Of a stretch of DNA of 25,354 bases, positions 23,836 to 25,354 are shown one piece after another. Source of the stretch: a virus (taxonomy: Duplodnaviria > Caudoviricetes); IMG/VR virus record IMGVR_UViG_3300037751_000544, positions 1 to 25,354 of that record, one strand, 5' to 3'. A program made the position numbers and the translations under genes. The number at the start of each line of letters is the position of its first letter. Position 1 is the stretch's first letter. The notes beneath the pieces are model-generated. The model was not told the DNA's origin, did no database searches, and saw only the letters and a list, made by a program, of their open reading frames with translations.

Positions 23836-24446
23836 TGGATAGACTTTTGCTTGAATTTCTCCGTGCCATCCTTGGGGAGAGTCGAGGGGTGAACATGCCT
23901 CCGATGCCAGCTGCTGCACCTCCGGAGGGACCCACTGCCCTTGCAAAAGGAAACATGGGGCAGGCTCTGCCGGGGAGCGAAGCTCTTCCGAAGGAGGATA
24001 AAGAGCTATCCCTCGGAGATATTTTCGGCCCAATGTTCGACAATATGCCACTGGGAAAGTCGGATCAGCTCAACATTGCGGATAGGCCGTCGTTTACTAC
24101 AAGGGATACCGGGCCGGTTCCACAAGCACCAGCGGTGCGGGCAAGTGATCCTAATCCAGGTATGTCACTGCCGGTGCCGAACCCAGAGAGGATGCCTCTG
24201 CCAGAGCAGAACACTTTTGGTGCGTTCGGAGAGTTCCTTGGGGATATGGCAACGCAGGGGAATGTAACTGGTCCGGGCTTCCCTGCGCAGGGAGCACAGC
24301 CGCAGCCGTTTGGGCCGCAGGCGTCGCTGGAGCAGGCACTCGCAGCACAGGTACTTCGGGCTCCTCCGCCTGTGCCGACTAGGTCACCTGTACCTGAAGA
24401 AGACTTCGCCACGATGATGCGGCGGCAGCTGCTTGGAGGTGCATGA
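23835..24446 (+). CDS. Pro-rich disordered protein, probable ejection-module component
   Basis: AGGAG RBS; TAATG and TGATG overlaps. Confidence 0.65.
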   Translation: MDRLLLEFLRAILGESRGVNMPPMPAAAPPEGPTALAKGNMGQALPGSEALPKEDKELSLGDIFGPMFDNMPLGKSDQLNIADRPSFTTRDTGPVPQAPAVRASDPNPGMSLPVPNPERMPLPEQNTFGAFGEFLGDMATQGNVTGPGFPAQGAQPQPFGPQASLEQALAAQVLRAPPPVPTRSPVPEEDFATMMRRQLLGGA

Positions 24447-25354
24447 TGGCCGGTACACTAGAGCAAATGCAGAATATGGTCAATCCTTTGGCCTTAGCGC
24501 AGAATCTGCTTGACCTTTTCGCAGGGCCTCAACAGGGGCAGTCGAAGATTGTAGATCAGCTGCCGCAAGAGGGGATGGAGAAGAACCCTCCAGCGCAACC
24601 CCTTGCGTCACAGGTTCCGGCACAGCAGGTTGTGGCAAAGACTCCCGGAGCTATGCCTGCACCACAGGAAGCTAGTGTGCAGTTTGTTGAACCTGAGGCG
24701 GGGCAAGAGTGGCAGTATGACGCGCCTATGCCTCAGACTGCGGGGCAGGGGGGACAGCCGCAGGCTCAGCCACAGCAAGGTCAGCAGAATAGTGGGTCGA
24801 TCTTCGGGCTCAACGACATGCTGGGACTCAGCCCTGCGCTGCGCACAGCGATGGCACAGTTGGGTATGAACCTTCTTACGCCGAGTGCGGGCGGCATCGG
24901 AGCGGATATCGCTGGGGCTGTACAGACGTATGGGAATGCGCTTAACCCGAACTACGCTGATCCCCAGAAGCTTGAGACAGAGAAGTCTCGTGCGGAAATT
25001 GAAGCTATTCGGGCGCTTACGGAACAGAGGCAAGAGAGTACGCAGACGGAAAGAGTACGACGGACTACGGGGTTGCCAAAGGTAGGTGGAGATCGTCCAG
25101 GGACGCAGATGGAAAGGCTTGCAGCGGAGCTTGGCCTCGGGGCATCCGGGACACTGTATCTGAAGGAACGGCTCAGTCAGTTTGATCCTCTGCTTGAGGA
25201 TACTACCCTGAGGGAGGCGCTTCCAGGGATTGTCGAAGAAGCGCGGCTGCTCGACCAGGCTCAGGGTGGGGGTGGGTCAAATGTGACGGGGACGCCGGAG
25301 CAGGAAATTCCATCAGTTGGTGGAACATGGAAAGATCCAGCATCAGGTAAGACG
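24446..25354 (+). CDS. internal virion/ejection protein, 3'-truncated (MAGTLEQMQNMVNPLALAQ..., at least 303 aa)
   Basis: Absent from the ORF track; hand-translated open frame from ATG 24446 to the window end; GGAGG RBS. Confidence 0.8.
   Translation, partial: MAGTLEQMQNMVNPLALAQNLLDLFAGPQQGQSKIVDQLPQEGMEKNPPAQPLASQVPAQQVVAKTPGAMPAPQEASVQFVEPEAGQEWQYDAPMPQTAGQGGQPQAQPQQGQQNSGSIFGLNDMLGLSPALRTAMAQLGMNLLTPSAGGIGADIAGAVQTYGNALNPNYADPQKLETEKSRAEIEAIRALTEQRQESTQTERVRRTTGLPKVGGDRPGTQMERLAAELGLGASGTLYLKERLSQFDPLLEDTTLREALPGIVEEARLLDQAQGGGGSNVTGTPEQEIPSVGGTWKDPASGKT

Noticed and set aside
5281-25033. Numerous minus-strand ORFs in the right arm and plus-strand ORFs in the left arm
   Set aside because: Antisense shadows of well-supported genes in GC-rich DNA; no RBS or motifs
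1-25354. tRNA, rRNA, integrase, transposase, intron or intein
   Set aside because: No recognisable signatures; TerL, portal and capsid genes are uninterrupted and of normal length

Overview
This window is part of a lytic-looking dsDNA podophage genome, most likely infecting a Gram-negative host (it has a two-component spanin pair). Left arm (1-4344, minus strand): a chain of small, translationally coupled, mostly unknown early-type genes, an AT-rich palindromic candidate origin (about 3330-3610), and one stand-alone gene with its own promoter and terminator. Right arm (4869-end, plus strand): putative TerS, PD-(D/E)xK nuclease, lysis cassette (amidase endolysin, holin, i-/o-spanins) mixed with small unknown genes, TerL, portal, scaffold, major capsid (DUF5309/SU10-type), decoration/fiber proteins, tail adaptor, collar-domain tail fiber, nozzle, GNAT-like protein and DNA-ejection proteins (the last one truncated by the window edge). 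The most unusual signal is non-coding. Two dispersed sequence families are both oriented with transcription. Motif A is a 32-bp palindrome, TGTGGGnTTnGGAT-N4-ATCCrAAACACAcA, in 4 full copies. Motif B is CCGAAGTrArCCAC...GCGAAGCCCA, at 6 loci. They recur as B...A pairs, sit together directly behind the rightward sigma70-like promoter, and in places are read through in frame inside genes. The GCGAAGC mini-hairpin is also strongly over-represented. All family assignments come from motif recognition and synteny by eye, not from database searches.
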